From Patescibacteria group bacterium UBA6017 (GTDB lineage Bacteria > Patescibacteriota > Saccharimonadia > UBA4664): a DNA stretch of 64,000 bases. Under the pieces are notes generated by a model. It was given only the letters and a program-made list of their open reading frames with translations. It was not told the DNA's origin and searched no databases. Below are positions 1 through 9,968 of this stretch, one piece after another (within the stretch, counting starts at the first letter, position 1; every line of letters begins with the position of its first letter). Location of the stretch: NCBI GenBank assembly GCA_002429485.1, contig DIZX01000015.1, forward strand, positions 187,073 to 251,072, given 5' to 3'. The translations under genes and the position numbers were made by a program.

Positions 1-552
1 AATCCCGCATTCATCCCGAAAGCCCACCAGATTCACGCCGTCCATCGCCACGCACGAAAAAGCCCCTGTAAATAGAGGCCAAGCTGCTTCGATTGCGTCT
101 ACCATTGTCTTGCCGCTCTGCATATAACAAACAATACTCGCGGCCATCATATCCGAATCGTTCATACCGATCGTGGAAATACCGTGATCACCCAAAAATT
201 CTTCTAGCAAATCGGTTGTCGGCAGGTTGCCATTATGGGCAAAGGCAAAACCCGCCTCCGGGTGTACGATCGGCTGCAAATGAGCCCCATCACTATCGCC
301 GGAAGTAGCGTAACGGTTGTGGCCGAGCGACATCTTGCCCTTCAACCGAACCAAATCCGCTTCGTTATACACGTGAGCCACCAAGCCGGCTCCGGCGCGC
401 ACATGTATTCCCTGAGCATCAATACTAGCGATACCCGAACTCTCTTGACCGCGGTGCTGCAATGCCCATAACCCGTAATACGTCAGGCGGGCAGCGTCTG
501 GACTTGCCGTTACTACTCCGAACACCCCACACTTTTCACTGAGTTCTGGCAA
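1..552 (-). CDS. purF: amidophosphoribosyltransferase (PurF), N-terminal about 184 codons only; the 3' end runs off the window
   Basis: Minus-strand translation reads ...PELSEK-CGVFGVVTASPDAARLTYYGLWALQHRGQESSGIASID..., the Ntn class-II glutamine amidotransferase N-terminus with the catalytic Cys after a short propeptide (as in B. subtilis PurF). There is no in-frame ATG after the upstream stop; a TTG at 552 gives a 7-aa propeptide. Confidence 0.6.
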   Translation of the reverse strand, partial: MPELSEKCGVFGVVTASPDAARLTYYGLWALQHRGQESSGIASIDAQGIHVRAGAGLVAHVYNEADLVRLKGKMSLGHNRYATSGDSDGAHLQPIVHPEAGFAFAHNGNLPTTDLLEEFLGDHGISTIGMNDSDMMAASIVCYMQSGKTMVDAIEAAWPLFTGAFSCVAMDGVNLVGFRDECGI

Positions 553-722
553 AGCACTACTCTCTTAAGCTCTAATCTTAAAGTGCTTAGGTATAGAGTA
601 CAAGTTTTGTCACTCTCGATTAACCAATCTGAAAGCTCGACGCCGCCATCAAGCGCTCGGATTGGACTAGCCGGAGGGTATGAGCCCTCCGGCCGTACTG
701 GGTCCGGTCAGCAAGCCAGCGG

Positions 723-875
723 CTAGCGCTTTTTCTTCTTGCCGGTATCAATGTTTGCGTAGTCCTCCTCGGCCTTTTTCCTTTGCCGAGCAGTCATCGC
801 CGCGAGTTCATCGTCGGCTTGTTTTATCGCCCTTTTCAGGTCCTCGGGCAGACCTGCCTTGTTCTTATCGCTCAT
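723..875 (-). CDS. small Lys-rich hypothetical protein, 50 aa (MSDKNKAGLPEDLKRAIKQADDELAAMTARQRKKAEEDYANIDTGKKKKR)
   Basis: Not in the ORF track (under 60 aa). ATG at 875 is preceded by GGAGG with a 6-nt spacer; the reading frame is clean. Confidence 0.35.
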   Translation of the reverse strand: MSDKNKAGLPEDLKRAIKQADDELAAMTARQRKKAEEDYANIDTGKKKKR

Positions 876-1111
876 ATCAAACCTCCAGCAGATGGACTAT
901 TTGGAATCCGTAGGTTTTTTCTTCGACGAGGCCAATTCGTCGTAGCGAGCAACCGCCTTCCGTATCTGTTTCGGCGTGATGATTCGGGTGTACCGGTCTA
1001 ACTGCACATTTTTCTTCTCAGCTGACACTGGAGCTTTGCCTCGATTCGGTTGTATCGTGCGCTTCAAACTCCCGGTGGACTACAAACAAATGAACAGATC
1101 CATATAAACCT

Positions 1112-1141
1112 AAAAAGCGTACTATTTCAAGTACGCTTTTT
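1112..1141 (-). terminator. bidirectional intrinsic terminator hairpin (AAAAAGCGTACT-atttca-AGTACGCTTTTT) just downstream of the rpoD stop
   Basis: Perfect 12-bp stem flanked by an A-run and a T-run, 23 nt after the rpoD stop at 1164. Confidence 0.6.
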
Positions 1142-1163
1142 ATAGAGCTATTGCTTATCCGAC

Positions 1164-2270
1164 TTAGCGCAAGTAATCCTTGAGCTTCTTGCTCTCACGG
1201 TGCTTGCGCAACTTAGCGAGGGCTTTGGCCTCAATCTGACGAATGCGCTCACGCGTAACGCCAAATTCCTGACCTACCTCTTCAAGCGTGTGCGAGCGGC
1301 CGTCTTCGAGACCAAACCGCATGCGCAAGATCTTCTGCTCGCGAGGCGTCAGCAGTGCCAATACCTGATTCACGTGCTCCTTCAAGAGCTGGTGTGTAGC
1401 CGCCTCTTCAGGAGTCAGTGAATCCTCATCGGCAATGAAATCGCCCAGCTGAGAGTCCTCTTCCTCGCCCACCGGCGCCTCAAGACTCACGATATCCTGC
1501 TTAATCTTCAGGATGTGGTTGACCTTCTCCACATCCATTTCCATTTCAGCGGCAATTTCCTCCGGCAGCGGCTCGCGGCCTAATTCCTGCACCAAGCGGC
1601 GCTGAGTTCGAATCAGCTTGTTGATCGTCTCCACCATGTGTACCGGGATGCGAATCGTACGTGCCTGGTCGGCAATAGCACGGGTAATTGCCTGGCGAAT
1701 CCACCAGGTAGCGTAGGTCGAAAATTTATACCCCTTGGTATAGTCAAACTTCTCCACTGCCCGCAATAGTCCGGTGTTGCCCTCTTGGATGAGATCGAGC
1801 AGATCAAGCCCGCGGCCGATGTACTTCTTGGCAATCGACACCACCAGACGCATGTTGGCCTCAGCCATCGCGTCCTTAGCCGCTTTATCGCCAGATTCAA
1901 TCCGTTTGGCCAGCATTACTTCTTGCTCGCCGGTCAGCAGCGGAATTTTACCAATTTCGCGCAGATACAGCCGGACCGAGTCATCGGCAATATCTTTAAT
2001 GTAATCTTCGCTCGTATCAGGAGCATCCTCGTCTTCTTTGTCCCAAATCAATGAGTCCTTTTGGTCGGTGATCTCTACGCCCTGCTCAATCAAAGCCGCA
2101 TATAGCTCATCGAGCTCTTCGAGATTCTCTTCCGCTTCAGGTAGTACGCCGGCAATTTCCTGCTGCGTTACATAGCCCTGCTCTTTGCCTTTTGCAATCA
2201 GTCGCTCTACTTCGGGTGAGTAGCCGCCGGATCGTTCAAGTGTCTCTTCGTCAGCCGCCTTCTTCGCCAA
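1164..2270 (-). CDS. rpoD: RNA polymerase sigma-70 factor RpoD
   Basis: Region 2 to 4 motifs [61 protein letters not shown]; 368 aa. Confidence 0.95.
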   Translation of the reverse strand: MAKKAADEETLERSGGYSPEVERLIAKGKEQGYVTQQEIAGVLPEAEENLEELDELYAALIEQGVEITDQKDSLIWDKEDEDAPDTSEDYIKDIADDSVRLYLREIGKIPLLTGEQEVMLAKRIESGDKAAKDAMAEANMRLVVSIAKKYIGRGLDLLDLIQEGNTGLLRAVEKFDYTKGYKFSTYATWWIRQAITRAIADQARTIRIPVHMVETINKLIRTQRRLVQELGREPLPEEIAAEMEMDVEKVNHILKIKQDIVSLEAPVGEEEDSQLGDFIADEDSLTPEEAATHQLLKEHVNQVLALLTPREQKILRMRFGLEDGRSHTLEEVGQEFGVTRERIRQIEAKALAKLRKHRESKKLKDYLR

Positions 2271-2282
2271 AACTATTTTCTC

Positions 2283-4058
2283 CTAACCTTCTTCTTCGAT
2301 TACCGCCTGATATTGTTTCAACAGATTACTAACAAGCTGCACGTCGCCGTTCTTTTCGGCTTCGCGCAGTTTCCCGCTCAATATCTGTTTGATGTCTTTG
2401 TTCGATTGGATTTGCAGCCGTCTTGCCAGTCCGAATGCCTCGAAACTGCGGTCTGCGGGAGCTAGTTCAGTGAACTCCTGTTCGCCCCGTAACAGTAAGA
2501 TACTAATATAATCAGCCTGTTGTGTCAAAGCCTGAGCGATCACCGATGCCACCTCATTTCGGTTCTGCCGAATAGCCTCAAACACCTCCTGACGTTCGGG
2601 CGTCGTAAAGTCACGCGCTTCGAGATCATCGAGCGCCACTCTGGTCAACGGGTCCATCAGCGCCATCGCCAACAGCGACTCCTCAATTATCCGCCGTGCC
2701 GTCGGCTTTCCGCTCGACTGCACCACCGCCCGCCGCGTTATATCCCCGCTCCGATCCCTTTCCGCCGACCCACTGCCCGGTACAATCGCATCCGGCTTAT
2801 CGAGCTTGGCCTTCACGGCTTCTTCGCTCGTGCCGGTCTTGGCCGCCAACAGCTTCACGTAGTGATCCTGCTCCACCGGATCCCCCAGTCGTCTCAATGT
2901 CGACGCCAGCCTGTCCGTATACCCGCGCTTGCCCACGGCCGAATCCAGATCAAAATCGTGCGCAAATCTATCAAATAAATAATCCACGATGTATTTCGCC
3001 CCGTCGATAGCCTTCTTCCAGGCGTCCACGTCCTGTTGAATCAGCTCGTCCGCGTCCTTGATCCCCTCGGGCATCTCCACCATCCGCAGCGTCAGCCCCA
3101 ACTTCTGTCCGAGCTCAATCGCCCGTTCCGTCGCCGCCAACCCCGCCCGGTCCGCGTCAAATGCCAGCTTTATGTTCTTCGTGAGTTTCGAAAGAGTTCG
3201 CAGCTGCTCGAGCGTCAGCGCCGTCCCGCTAGCCGCCACCACCGCCTTCACCCCCGCTTGATGGCTCGCAACCACGTCCATATTGCCCTCGACCAGCACC
3301 ACTTCATCCCCCGCCCGAATCGCCTCTCGCGCCAATGCAAAGCCAAAAATCGCCTGCGACTTATCGTACAGCGCCGTCTGCGGAGTATTCAGATATTTCG
3401 GCAGGCTGTCATCGATCACTCGGCCCGTAAATCCCACCGGTCGGCCCTCGCGATCAGTAATCGTAAACATCACCCGTCCCCGAAACAGGTCGTAAATAGT
3501 GTTGCGGCCCTCTTTTTGACCCGCCAATCCCCCCTGCAATAATTCCTGCTGTGTGAACCCGTGCTTGGTCAAAAAATCCGTCAACGCATTCCACGAATCG
3601 GGCCCGTACCCTATCTGGAAATCCCGAATCGTTTCCCGCGTCAGCTTGCGCTTCTTGACCACGTATTCCAGCGCCTTCGGATTTTGCATCAACGACGCCT
3701 GAAAATACTTCACCGCCAACTCATGCGCCGCGTACAACCGGTCGCGCAGCCGACTCGCCTCTTTGTTATCGCCCTTCTTAGCCACCAGTTCCACCCCGGC
3801 TTTGCGCGCCAGCATCTCCAGGCACGTGCGAAAATCGACCCCCTCCATCTTCATCACAAAGCTAAAAATATCCCCGCCCTCACCACAGCCAAAACAGTGA
3901 TAAATCCCCTTCTCGGGACTCACCATAAAGCTCGCCGACTTCTCCTGATGAAACGGGCACGGCGCCTTCAGATTGCGCCCCGCCTGCTTCAACGGTACAT
4001 AGCCCCCGACCACTTCCGTGATCTCGAGCCGACTCTTTACCTCGGCAACCTCATCCAT
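2283..4058 (-). CDS. dnaG: DNA primase DnaG
   Basis: N-terminal CHC2 zinc finger CPFHQEKSASFMVSPEKGIYHCFGCGEGGD followed by TOPRIM-type regions; it lies immediately upstream of rpoD as in the classic rpsU-dnaG-rpoD arrangement. Confidence 0.95.
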   Translation of the reverse strand: MDEVAEVKSRLEITEVVGGYVPLKQAGRNLKAPCPFHQEKSASFMVSPEKGIYHCFGCGEGGDIFSFVMKMEGVDFRTCLEMLARKAGVELVAKKGDNKEASRLRDRLYAAHELAVKYFQASLMQNPKALEYVVKKRKLTRETIRDFQIGYGPDSWNALTDFLTKHGFTQQELLQGGLAGQKEGRNTIYDLFRGRVMFTITDREGRPVGFTGRVIDDSLPKYLNTPQTALYDKSQAIFGFALAREAIRAGDEVVLVEGNMDVVASHQAGVKAVVAASGTALTLEQLRTLSKLTKNIKLAFDADRAGLAATERAIELGQKLGLTLRMVEMPEGIKDADELIQQDVDAWKKAIDGAKYIVDYLFDRFAHDFDLDSAVGKRGYTDRLASTLRRLGDPVEQDHYVKLLAAKTGTSEEAVKAKLDKPDAIVPGSGSAERDRSGDITRRAVVQSSGKPTARRIIEESLLAMALMDPLTRVALDDLEARDFTTPERQEVFEAIRQNRNEVASVIAQALTQQADYISILLLRGEQEFTELAPADRSFEAFGLARRLQIQSNKDIKQILSGKLREAEKNGDVQLVSNLLKQYQAVIEEEG

Positions 4059-4099
4059 TCCTCTAGTATATACCAGTCACTACGAACAAAAGGCGAATA

Positions 4100-5098
4100 C
4101 TACGCCAAATTACTCCAGCTCAAGTCTGGCTTCACCCGTTCAATCAACTTAGCCGTCTGGCCGATACTCTTGCTCGCCACACTCTGGTCGTTCACAAAGT
4201 TCTCCATATCCTGCTCGCGGTGGCCATCGATCCCGTAGGTGGCAATACAGCCCGTGCGCTTCACCATCGCGCTCAAAGTCGGCTCCGCCCGTCGCGCCAT
4301 GCCGTTCATGGGGTTTCCCATCAGCTCCACGCCGTCAATCCGCCCGTCGCGCAGCATACCCTCGAGCATCTCGGCATCGATCTTGCGCGATGCCGTGTAC
4401 CAATGAGCCACAATCGCCACCCCGCCAGCCCCGCGGATTAACTTCACGGCACTATCGAGATCAATCGAATACAAATAATCCACATAAATCCCTGGAATAA
4501 ACGCATCATCGCTCAAAAATAATCGGTACGGATAATCGCTCGGCGGCCGCTCCATCATATGCGCGTAATCCATGGCCACCTTGGCGCTAGCCACCGCCGC
4601 CTTCTCCATTTCGGCCTTCATGACTTCAATAACTGCCGTATTTTCCACGTGAGAATTCAACGCCCGCACGATATGCGGCCGCCCGACCGTCTCGCCGCCC
4701 GAAGCCGCCAGGCAATCCGCAACGCTTATATTAAAACCAAGCCCCTTGAGATTGCCCACGATCCGCTCCATGCGTTCGATCCGCGCCGCTACCGCCTTGG
4801 TGCAATGTGCCAGTAACTCTGAATTAGTCGGATCCGTAAACAATCCCAGTATGTGCAAACTGCTCGTCACCCCGCCGCCCAATTCCACCGGCAACCCGCT
4901 CGAAATCTCGCATCCCAACAGCCACTTCACGGTGCCTTGATAGTCCTTCAAAATCTTCAGGTCAGCCGCGCTCGGCAGCGTATCGTGATCCGTAAACGCC
5001 ACCACGCTGACCTTATTGCGCCGCGCCGCCTCGAGCACTTCCAGATATGTTTGCGTACCATCCGAAGCAGTCGTGTGATTGTGTAATGATTCGTACAT
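4100..5098 (-). CDS. PHP-domain metal-dependent phosphoesterase
   Basis: N-terminus HNHTTASDGTQTYLEVLEAARRNKVSVVAFTDHD is a typical PHP (histidinol-phosphatase-like) signature. Confidence 0.75.
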   Translation of the reverse strand: MYESLHNHTTASDGTQTYLEVLEAARRNKVSVVAFTDHDTLPSAADLKILKDYQGTVKWLLGCEISSGLPVELGGGVTSSLHILGLFTDPTNSELLAHCTKAVAARIERMERIVGNLKGLGFNISVADCLAASGGETVGRPHIVRALNSHVENTAVIEVMKAEMEKAAVASAKVAMDYAHMMERPPSDYPYRLFLSDDAFIPGIYVDYLYSIDLDSAVKLIRGAGGVAIVAHWYTASRKIDAEMLEGMLRDGRIDGVELMGNPMNGMARRAEPTLSAMVKRTGCIATYGIDGHREQDMENFVNDQSVASKSIGQTAKLIERVKPDLSWSNLA

Positions 5099-5108
5099 GT
5101 GTGAGTTT

Positions 5109-5531
5109 CTACCGATCTTTTAGTCTGTAAACAAATTTCAGCCCCGACCAATCATTGGTCAGCGAGGCCACTTTAACGTCCACCAGCCCGGCTTTTAAAC
5201 CCAACTCGCGCACAATCCCCTCATTCAACCCGGTGTTCAGCCGCGAAGTCCGCTTAGCCCAGCTAATCCATAACATCCCGCTAGGCTCCAAATGTGAGGC
5301 CAAATTTGGCACCACCGCCCCGAGCTGTTCAAAGCTGGTGGCAAAGTATTGAATCACATCAAATCGGCCGCTCAGCCGGCTCGCGACATTGGCCCGCTCG
5401 CCAAGCTCCGGCATCAGCTCCATATACCCCTCGGGTGCGTGCATCACAATTAATCGGGCGCCAGATTTGACGCCCAACTTATCAATCACTTTTTGGTTCG
5501 GATTACCTGCCATCGCTGAGTATCTTATCAT
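5109..5531 (-). CDS. DUF3052-family protein
   Basis: C-terminal GMLWISWAKRTSRL...GLVDVKVASLTNDWSGLKFVYRLKDR matches my memory of DUF3052. The ORF track begins at 5639, but the N-terminal extension looks non-native; the likely start is the ATG at 5531 (MIRYSAMAGNPN...), with 5513 as an alternative. Confidence 0.55.
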   Translation of the reverse strand: MIRYSAMAGNPNQKVIDKLGVKSGARLIVMHAPEGYMELMPELGERANVASRLSGRFDVIQYFATSFEQLGAVVPNLASHLEPSGMLWISWAKRTSRLNTGLNEGIVRELGLKAGLVDVKVASLTNDWSGLKFVYRLKDR

Positions 5532-5557
5532 CTTGCCCGAGCAATCGTCGCATCCGC

Positions 5558-5875
5558 CTAGCCCTCGTTGGCGTACACCCGGGCATCTTCGCTCAATCCG
5601 CGCCAGTGACTTACGTGCACCGCCGGCACCCGCAGCCATTCCGGCAGAATCTGGCCGTTGCTCATCGCGTACGGCTCCGACCCTTTGAGCCCGCTCGCTT
5701 TATTAAATTCGAGGCTATCGAGCCGCACCACCAGATCGTCCTTCGAAAACCCAGCAAACGCTCGCCCCTGCGTGGTCAGCACCGACATCCCATACATCTT
5801 ACTCACCTTCACGTCCTCGCGGTGCGTCGTCACAAGGCGATTCACCAATTCCTGATACTGCTTTTTTGCCGACAC
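5558..5875 (-). CDS. TfoX N-terminal domain protein
   Basis: KMYGMSVLTTQGRAFAGFSKDDLVVRL...PEWLRVP resembles the TfoX/Sxy N-domain pattern (KMFGG...FA...LYLK). Confidence 0.5.
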   Translation of the reverse strand: MSAKKQYQELVNRLVTTHREDVKVSKMYGMSVLTTQGRAFAGFSKDDLVVRLDSLEFNKASGLKGSEPYAMSNGQILPEWLRVPAVHVSHWRGLSEDARVYANEG

Positions 5876-5890
5876 TATTTTGCTCCTTGG

Positions 5891-6283
5891 TTATTCTGCA
5901 CTGGTGTCGTTCTTCATCATCCCAAAAATGTTGCCTTCGGTGTCATGAAAATAGGCCAACCAGCCCACTCCCAGCACCGGCATTTTCGCCACCGCCTCGG
6001 TCCCGCCCGCCTTCAGCACCAACTCAATGGACTCATCCAGGTCATCCACCTGTATCGTGTTCACATAGCCCATCACCGGTGGCATATCGGAGGCCTTCGG
6101 GTTTTCGCCCATCCGCTTCACAATCGCGCCATCGATGCCGTCGTCATCCTCACCGGTCATCACCAGCCAATAATCCACGGGGCCATCCCACTTTTTAATT
6201 TCCCAATCAAATACGCTCTCGTAAAACATCGCTGCCCGCTCCGGATCGGCCGCGTTTATCTCGAAATGCACTACTCGTCCCAT
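5891..6283 (-). CDS. VOC-family (glyoxalase/bleomycin-resistance fold) protein
   Basis: 130 aa; VHFEINAADPERAAMFYESVFDWE...GGTEAVAKMPVLGVGWLAYFHDTEGNIFGM. Confidence 0.7.
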   Translation of the reverse strand: MGRVVHFEINAADPERAAMFYESVFDWEIKKWDGPVDYWLVMTGEDDDGIDGAIVKRMGENPKASDMPPVMGYVNTIQVDDLDESIELVLKAGGTEAVAKMPVLGVGWLAYFHDTEGNIFGMMKNDTSAE

Positions 6284-6292
6284 AAAAACCTC

Positions 6293-6601
6293 CTATTTAT
6301 GCACCAAACTATAAGAATGATCGATTAACTCTCGTACCAAATCATCAGGCAAGTCGCCATCCAGAGCAAGCGTATTCCAGTGAACTTTATTTAAATGGTA
6401 GCCTGAGGTAATTTCCGGATGTTCTTGCCGCAAGATTATTGCCCTAGTCGGCTCACATTTGAGACTAATGCTTTTCGGCGCGTCCACCGCCGGCATTATC
6501 GCGAATATCTTCCCGCCCACCTTCATCACCGTCACATCGGCCCCAAACGGATACGTTTCACGAGTGCCGGGCTTCTGCAGGCAATACTCTGCCACGTTCA
6601 T
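6293..6601 (-). CDS. MmcQ/YjbR-family DNA-binding protein
   Basis: 102 aa; [26 protein letters not shown]...LKCEP...[10 protein letters not shown]. Confidence 0.7.
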   Translation of the reverse strand: MNVAEYCLQKPGTRETYPFGADVTVMKVGGKIFAIMPAVDAPKSISLKCEPTRAIILRQEHPEITSGYHLNKVHWNTLALDGDLPDDLVRELIDHSYSLVHK

Positions 6602-7035
6602 TTTCCGACCGTTTTAGGCGCAAAATCCAACGAGCACGAATTAATACAATACCTTTGACCCGTCTTTTCCGCCGGCCCATCTGGGAATACATGCCCCAAA
6701 TGCGCCCCGCAATTCGCACAGGTAGCCTCGGTGCGCACCATCCCAAAGCTCTTATCATCATGCAACTCCACCGTACCCGCTCTTGCCACATCATAAAAGC
6801 TCGGCCAGCCCGACCCGCTTTCAAACTTCATCTCGCTCGAGAATAGCTCCACGCCGCACGCCACGCATTTGTACGTACCGTCATCGTGATTATCTACATA
6901 TTCGCCCGTAAACGGCGCCTCAGTGCCTTTTTCCCGGACCACCCGATACTGCTCCGGCGTCAGCTTGGCCTTCCAATATTCATCCGGCTTATTCTTCAAA
7001 TCTTCTGCCATATTAGTACCTCTCATTATGCTCAC
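6598..7035 (-). CDS. msrB: peptide-methionine (R)-S-oxide reductase MsrB
   Basis: [28 protein letters not shown]...[16 protein letters not shown], the SelR zinc and catalytic motifs. Confidence 0.9.
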   Translation of the reverse strand: MSIMRGTNMAEDLKNKPDEYWKAKLTPEQYRVVREKGTEAPFTGEYVDNHDDGTYKCVACGVELFSSEMKFESGSGWPSFYDVARAGTVELHDDKSFGMVRTEATCANCGAHLGHVFPDGPAEKTGQRYCINSCSLDFAPKTVGK

Positions 7036-7066
7036 TCATCCCATTGGAAACACAATTTTACGCCCT

Positions 7067-7693
7067 TCAAAAATGATGAGCCAGTCGACGCCAGATACTG
7101 CTTAATCGATATCTCCACCCCCTCGGATAAGCGCTCAATACCGCTTCCAGAGCTGCCGGCAGCCGATCAATCGAGCTCGGGAAGCGATTTTTGCCCATAA
7201 AGTGCCCGCCCCCCATCACAATCACCTCCCGCGCCCTCAGCGCAATCGCCAACTGCTGACTTCGTTTGGGGGCAACCATGGGATCATTGTCCGAATAAAT
7301 CACTACTCGCGTTTTCGTCCGCTCAATAATCCGATCAAATTCCAGCGGCGGATCAAACAAAGCCCCGGGCTTATCCATAATCCCATCACCAAACCCCGCC
7401 ACCAGCACTAGTCCGGCAACTTTCACGTCCAACGGATAATCATTAATAAACCGCAGCGTCGTGGGCGTACCGAGAGAATAGCCCACCAAAGTCGTATTCC
7501 CGTCGAGCTCCCCCGCCGCGTCACTCAGAGTTTTTAGCCACAAGTCGAGCTTCGGCACCCGCGGGTTCGGCATAGCCGGAGTTATTACTTCAAACCCTCG
7601 CGCCTCAAGCTCGCCCGCCAACCAACTAATCCACAGATTTGCCGGGCTATCATTCCATCCGTGCGTAATTATTACTTTTCGTTTGGCTGCCAT
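7067..7693 (-). CDS. alpha/beta hydrolase, YdeN/RBBP9-like serine hydrolase
   Basis: VIITHGW...LVGYSLGT (GxSxG nucleophile elbow)...VIYSDNDPMV...GGHF. Confidence 0.65.
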   Translation of the reverse strand: MAAKRKVIITHGWNDSPANLWISWLAGELEARGFEVITPAMPNPRVPKLDLWLKTLSDAAGELDGNTTLVGYSLGTPTTLRFINDYPLDVKVAGLVLVAGFGDGIMDKPGALFDPPLEFDRIIERTKTRVVIYSDNDPMVAPKRSQQLAIALRAREVIVMGGGHFMGKNRFPSSIDRLPAALEAVLSAYPRGWRYRLSSIWRRLAHHF

Positions 7694-8239
7694 CTAATAA
7701 TTATATATGTACAACCGTGCCGCATGACTGGCGCTGCCCGCCAGCTCCATCTCTTTATCCGGCTTCCGGTTTGGTAACGGAAATTGCACGCTCACCACCC
7801 GCGCCCCTCGCGGCAGTTCAAGTTCGAACCTCGGCTCCAGCTCGGCCATCATTTTCGGCCCCAGATAGGCGAATACCCGCGTGGCCTCCTGAAGGTTCGC
7901 CTTCGAGATTTCGCCGCGTATCAGCCGAGCTTTCCCTCGTAGCCGCCGCACCGCCAGCCCCCAAACCACCCAATTGTTCTCAACGCCAATATACCGAGCC
8001 TTCGAATTACCGCTCCGCAATGCGGCAATCACCCTGCCGTCGCCGCAACCCAGATCGTAAACCACATCCCCGTCACGCACCCCAAGCTTCTCTGCCACCG
8101 TCATCGTCGCCCCGTCCGGCAGCACCACGTATGGCACTCTGTTTCGCAGCATAAAATAACCGTGAGCACCCATCACCGCCACAAACAGCGCAAGTACTAC
8201 AATCAACAATATCGTCCCGGTCGCAAGCAAAACGTTCAT
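7694..8239 (-). CDS. class I SAM-dependent methyltransferase with N-terminal TM anchor
   Basis: N-terminal hydrophobic helix, then VYDLGCGDGRV (motif I) and downstream MTase motifs. It abuts the hydrolase gene with a 0-nt gap. Confidence 0.7.
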   Translation of the reverse strand: MNVLLATGTILLIVVLALFVAVMGAHGYFMLRNRVPYVVLPDGATMTVAEKLGVRDGDVVYDLGCGDGRVIAALRSGNSKARYIGVENNWVVWGLAVRRLRGKARLIRGEISKANLQEATRVFAYLGPKMMAELEPRFELELPRGARVVSVQFPLPNRKPDKEMELAGSASHAARLYIYNY

Positions 8240-8373
8240 GCCTCTAGTGTAACTAAAAAACCAGCGCCTGGCCTGAAAATTTCAGAACAACCACAGGCAC
8301 TACAGCAAAAGTCGACCACACGTTACTAGGGGTTACTAATGTATACTCACCCTGAGGGAGTACCTCTTTTTTG

Positions 8374-9567
8374 ATGCTCAAGACCATGCCTCGTCCAACC
8401 CGTCCGAAGGAAGTGGTATCAGTGAGTGATTCCTACAGGCTCGATGGTGTGAACGTTGAAGCCGGTGACGACTTCTCGTCCCTCGTCGCGAAGGCAGCCG
8501 CTGTCACACACGGCAACTGCCCCTACCTCGAGGTCCTAGACCTCACCAGAGGAAATTTTCGCGGTCCCCGACCCTTCCGGGTTCGTGGCTTGCCGCTCGA
8601 TCAAGTTCTGTTCGACGCAGGACCAGATGGAGTAGGTACGAAGGTTCTTATGCACGATGCGCTGCTGTTGCACCGAAATGCTCCCCGTGATCTTCTCGCA
8701 ATGACATGCGGCGACATCACTCGGTTCGGTGGGCTGCCCGCGGCCTTCTGGAACGTCCTTGACGTTCGAAACCTCGGCGACCCTGGATCCGACAGCTTCA
8801 ATCTGTTTGCCGACATGCTCGGCGGACTCGTTGAGGCGGCGAATGAGCAGGGTCTCGTGATTCACAAGGGCGAAACGGCAGAACTCGGACCCTGCATTGG
8901 TTCCGACAATCCGAACCCCAGCGCTCCCTTCAACTGGGCAGGCGTGGCATTCGGCATCTTCCTGCAAGACAAGATCATCTACGGAGATCGTGTTCAACCC
9001 GGAGATACCGTTATCGCTCTCAGAGAGAACGGTTTCCGCAGCAACGGGATCAGTAGCGTTCGGAAGGCCTTCGCAATGCATTATGGCAAGGACTACTACG
9101 GCCCCGACGCACACGCGGATCTCCTTGCCGCCGCAACACCCTCAGTGCTCTACGACCGCTTCCTGGCCACCACCAACGGTTGGTACGAGGGAGACCTCCA
9201 GCCGTTAGTGGACGTTCGCCTCATCGCGCACATCACCGGAGGAGGCATCGGAAAGTTCGTTGAACTCCTCGCCCCGACTGGTCTGTCAGCTCGTCTCGAC
9301 GATCTCTTCGAACTCCCTCCAATCATGCGCAAGTGCGCCGACTGGCGCGGAATGACCGATGAAGAGGTCTATACCACCTGGAACGGTGGCCAGGGGGTCA
9401 TAGCGGTCATTTCTCCAGATGACACAACCCGATTCCTCAAGATGGCTGCTCGCTTCGGTATTGAGGCGAAAACCTGCGGAGAGATCATCAAGTCGCCCAA
9501 CACAACCGTCCAGGTCGAATCTATGTATAGAGGGGATGTTCTGACCTTCAACCACCACCAGCGTTAA
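8374..9567 (+). CDS. AIR-synthase-related (PurM-like) protein
   Basis: SYRLDGVNVEAGDDF...DAGPDGVGTKVLM plus a C-terminal HITGGGI region, the PurM/HypE/SelD superfamily signature. The ORF track starts at TTG 8371; ATG 8374 is preferred. Confidence 0.65.
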   Translation: MLKTMPRPTRPKEVVSVSDSYRLDGVNVEAGDDFSSLVAKAAAVTHGNCPYLEVLDLTRGNFRGPRPFRVRGLPLDQVLFDAGPDGVGTKVLMHDALLLHRNAPRDLLAMTCGDITRFGGLPAAFWNVLDVRNLGDPGSDSFNLFADMLGGLVEAANEQGLVIHKGETAELGPCIGSDNPNPSAPFNWAGVAFGIFLQDKIIYGDRVQPGDTVIALRENGFRSNGISSVRKAFAMHYGKDYYGPDAHADLLAAATPSVLYDRFLATTNGWYEGDLQPLVDVRLIAHITGGGIGKFVELLAPTGLSARLDDLFELPPIMRKCADWRGMTDEEVYTTWNGGQGVIAVISPDDTTRFLKMAARFGIEAKTCGEIIKSPNTTVQVESMYRGDVLTFNHHQR

Positions 9568-9596
9568 CCGGGTGTCACACCCCAACACGCAAATAC

Positions 9597-9640
9597 GGCC
9601 CTGTTGCGCACCAGTTGCGCAACAGGGCCCGCGTCTTTTC
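9597..9640 (+). terminator. intrinsic terminator (GGCCCTGTTGCGCA-ccagt-TGCGCAACAGGGCC followed by cgcgTCTTTTC)
   Basis: 14-bp perfect stem and a T-run, 30 nt after the stop of the PurM-like gene. Confidence 0.6.
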
Positions 9641-9669
9641 GTCCTAATCAATAAATTCTAAATAAATCC

Positions 9670-9759
<90 letters not shown>

Positions 9760-9849
9760 CGAACCGAGAACCTCGCCATTATACGGTGAAATGCCGCTCG
9801 AGAACAAGCTTCCGACAGATGAACTCCTTACCAGAGCAAAAAATACCCC

Positions 9850-9877
9850 TTGACATCCCGCGCAGATGTCCTATAGT
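9850..9877 (+). promoter_or_regulatory. near-consensus sigma-70 promoter, TTGACA-16 nt-TATAGT
   Basis: TTGACA at 9850-9855, 16-nt spacer, TATAGT at 9872-9877. No protein-coding gene follows before the terminator at 9941. Confidence 0.55.
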
Positions 9878-9883
9878 GGCCTT

Positions 9884-9968
9884 ACAACTAAATCAGCTAT
9901 GGTATCGAACGTCCTCCTGAACTGCATGGGTAAACCTAAAGCCCCGCAGCCGGGGGGCTTTTTGTTTT
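9884..9968 (+). ncRNA. candidate small RNA (about 85 nt) of unknown family
   Basis: Bounded by the consensus promoter and an intrinsic terminator (GCCCCGCAGCCGGGGGGC + TTTTTGTTTTT at 9941-9968). No ORF, no tRNA fold, and no SRP, 6S, tmRNA or RNase P signature recognised. Confidence 0.35.

Noticed and set aside
3036-4238. Plus-strand ORFs 3036-3542 and 3561-4238 (Arg-rich)
   Set aside because: They are antisense to dnaG and the PHP gene.
5606-6328. 240-aa plus-strand ORF rich in His, Arg and Pro
   Set aside because: It is antisense to the TfoX-like, VOC and YjbR genes, which have clear domain signatures, and it has a non-protein-like composition.
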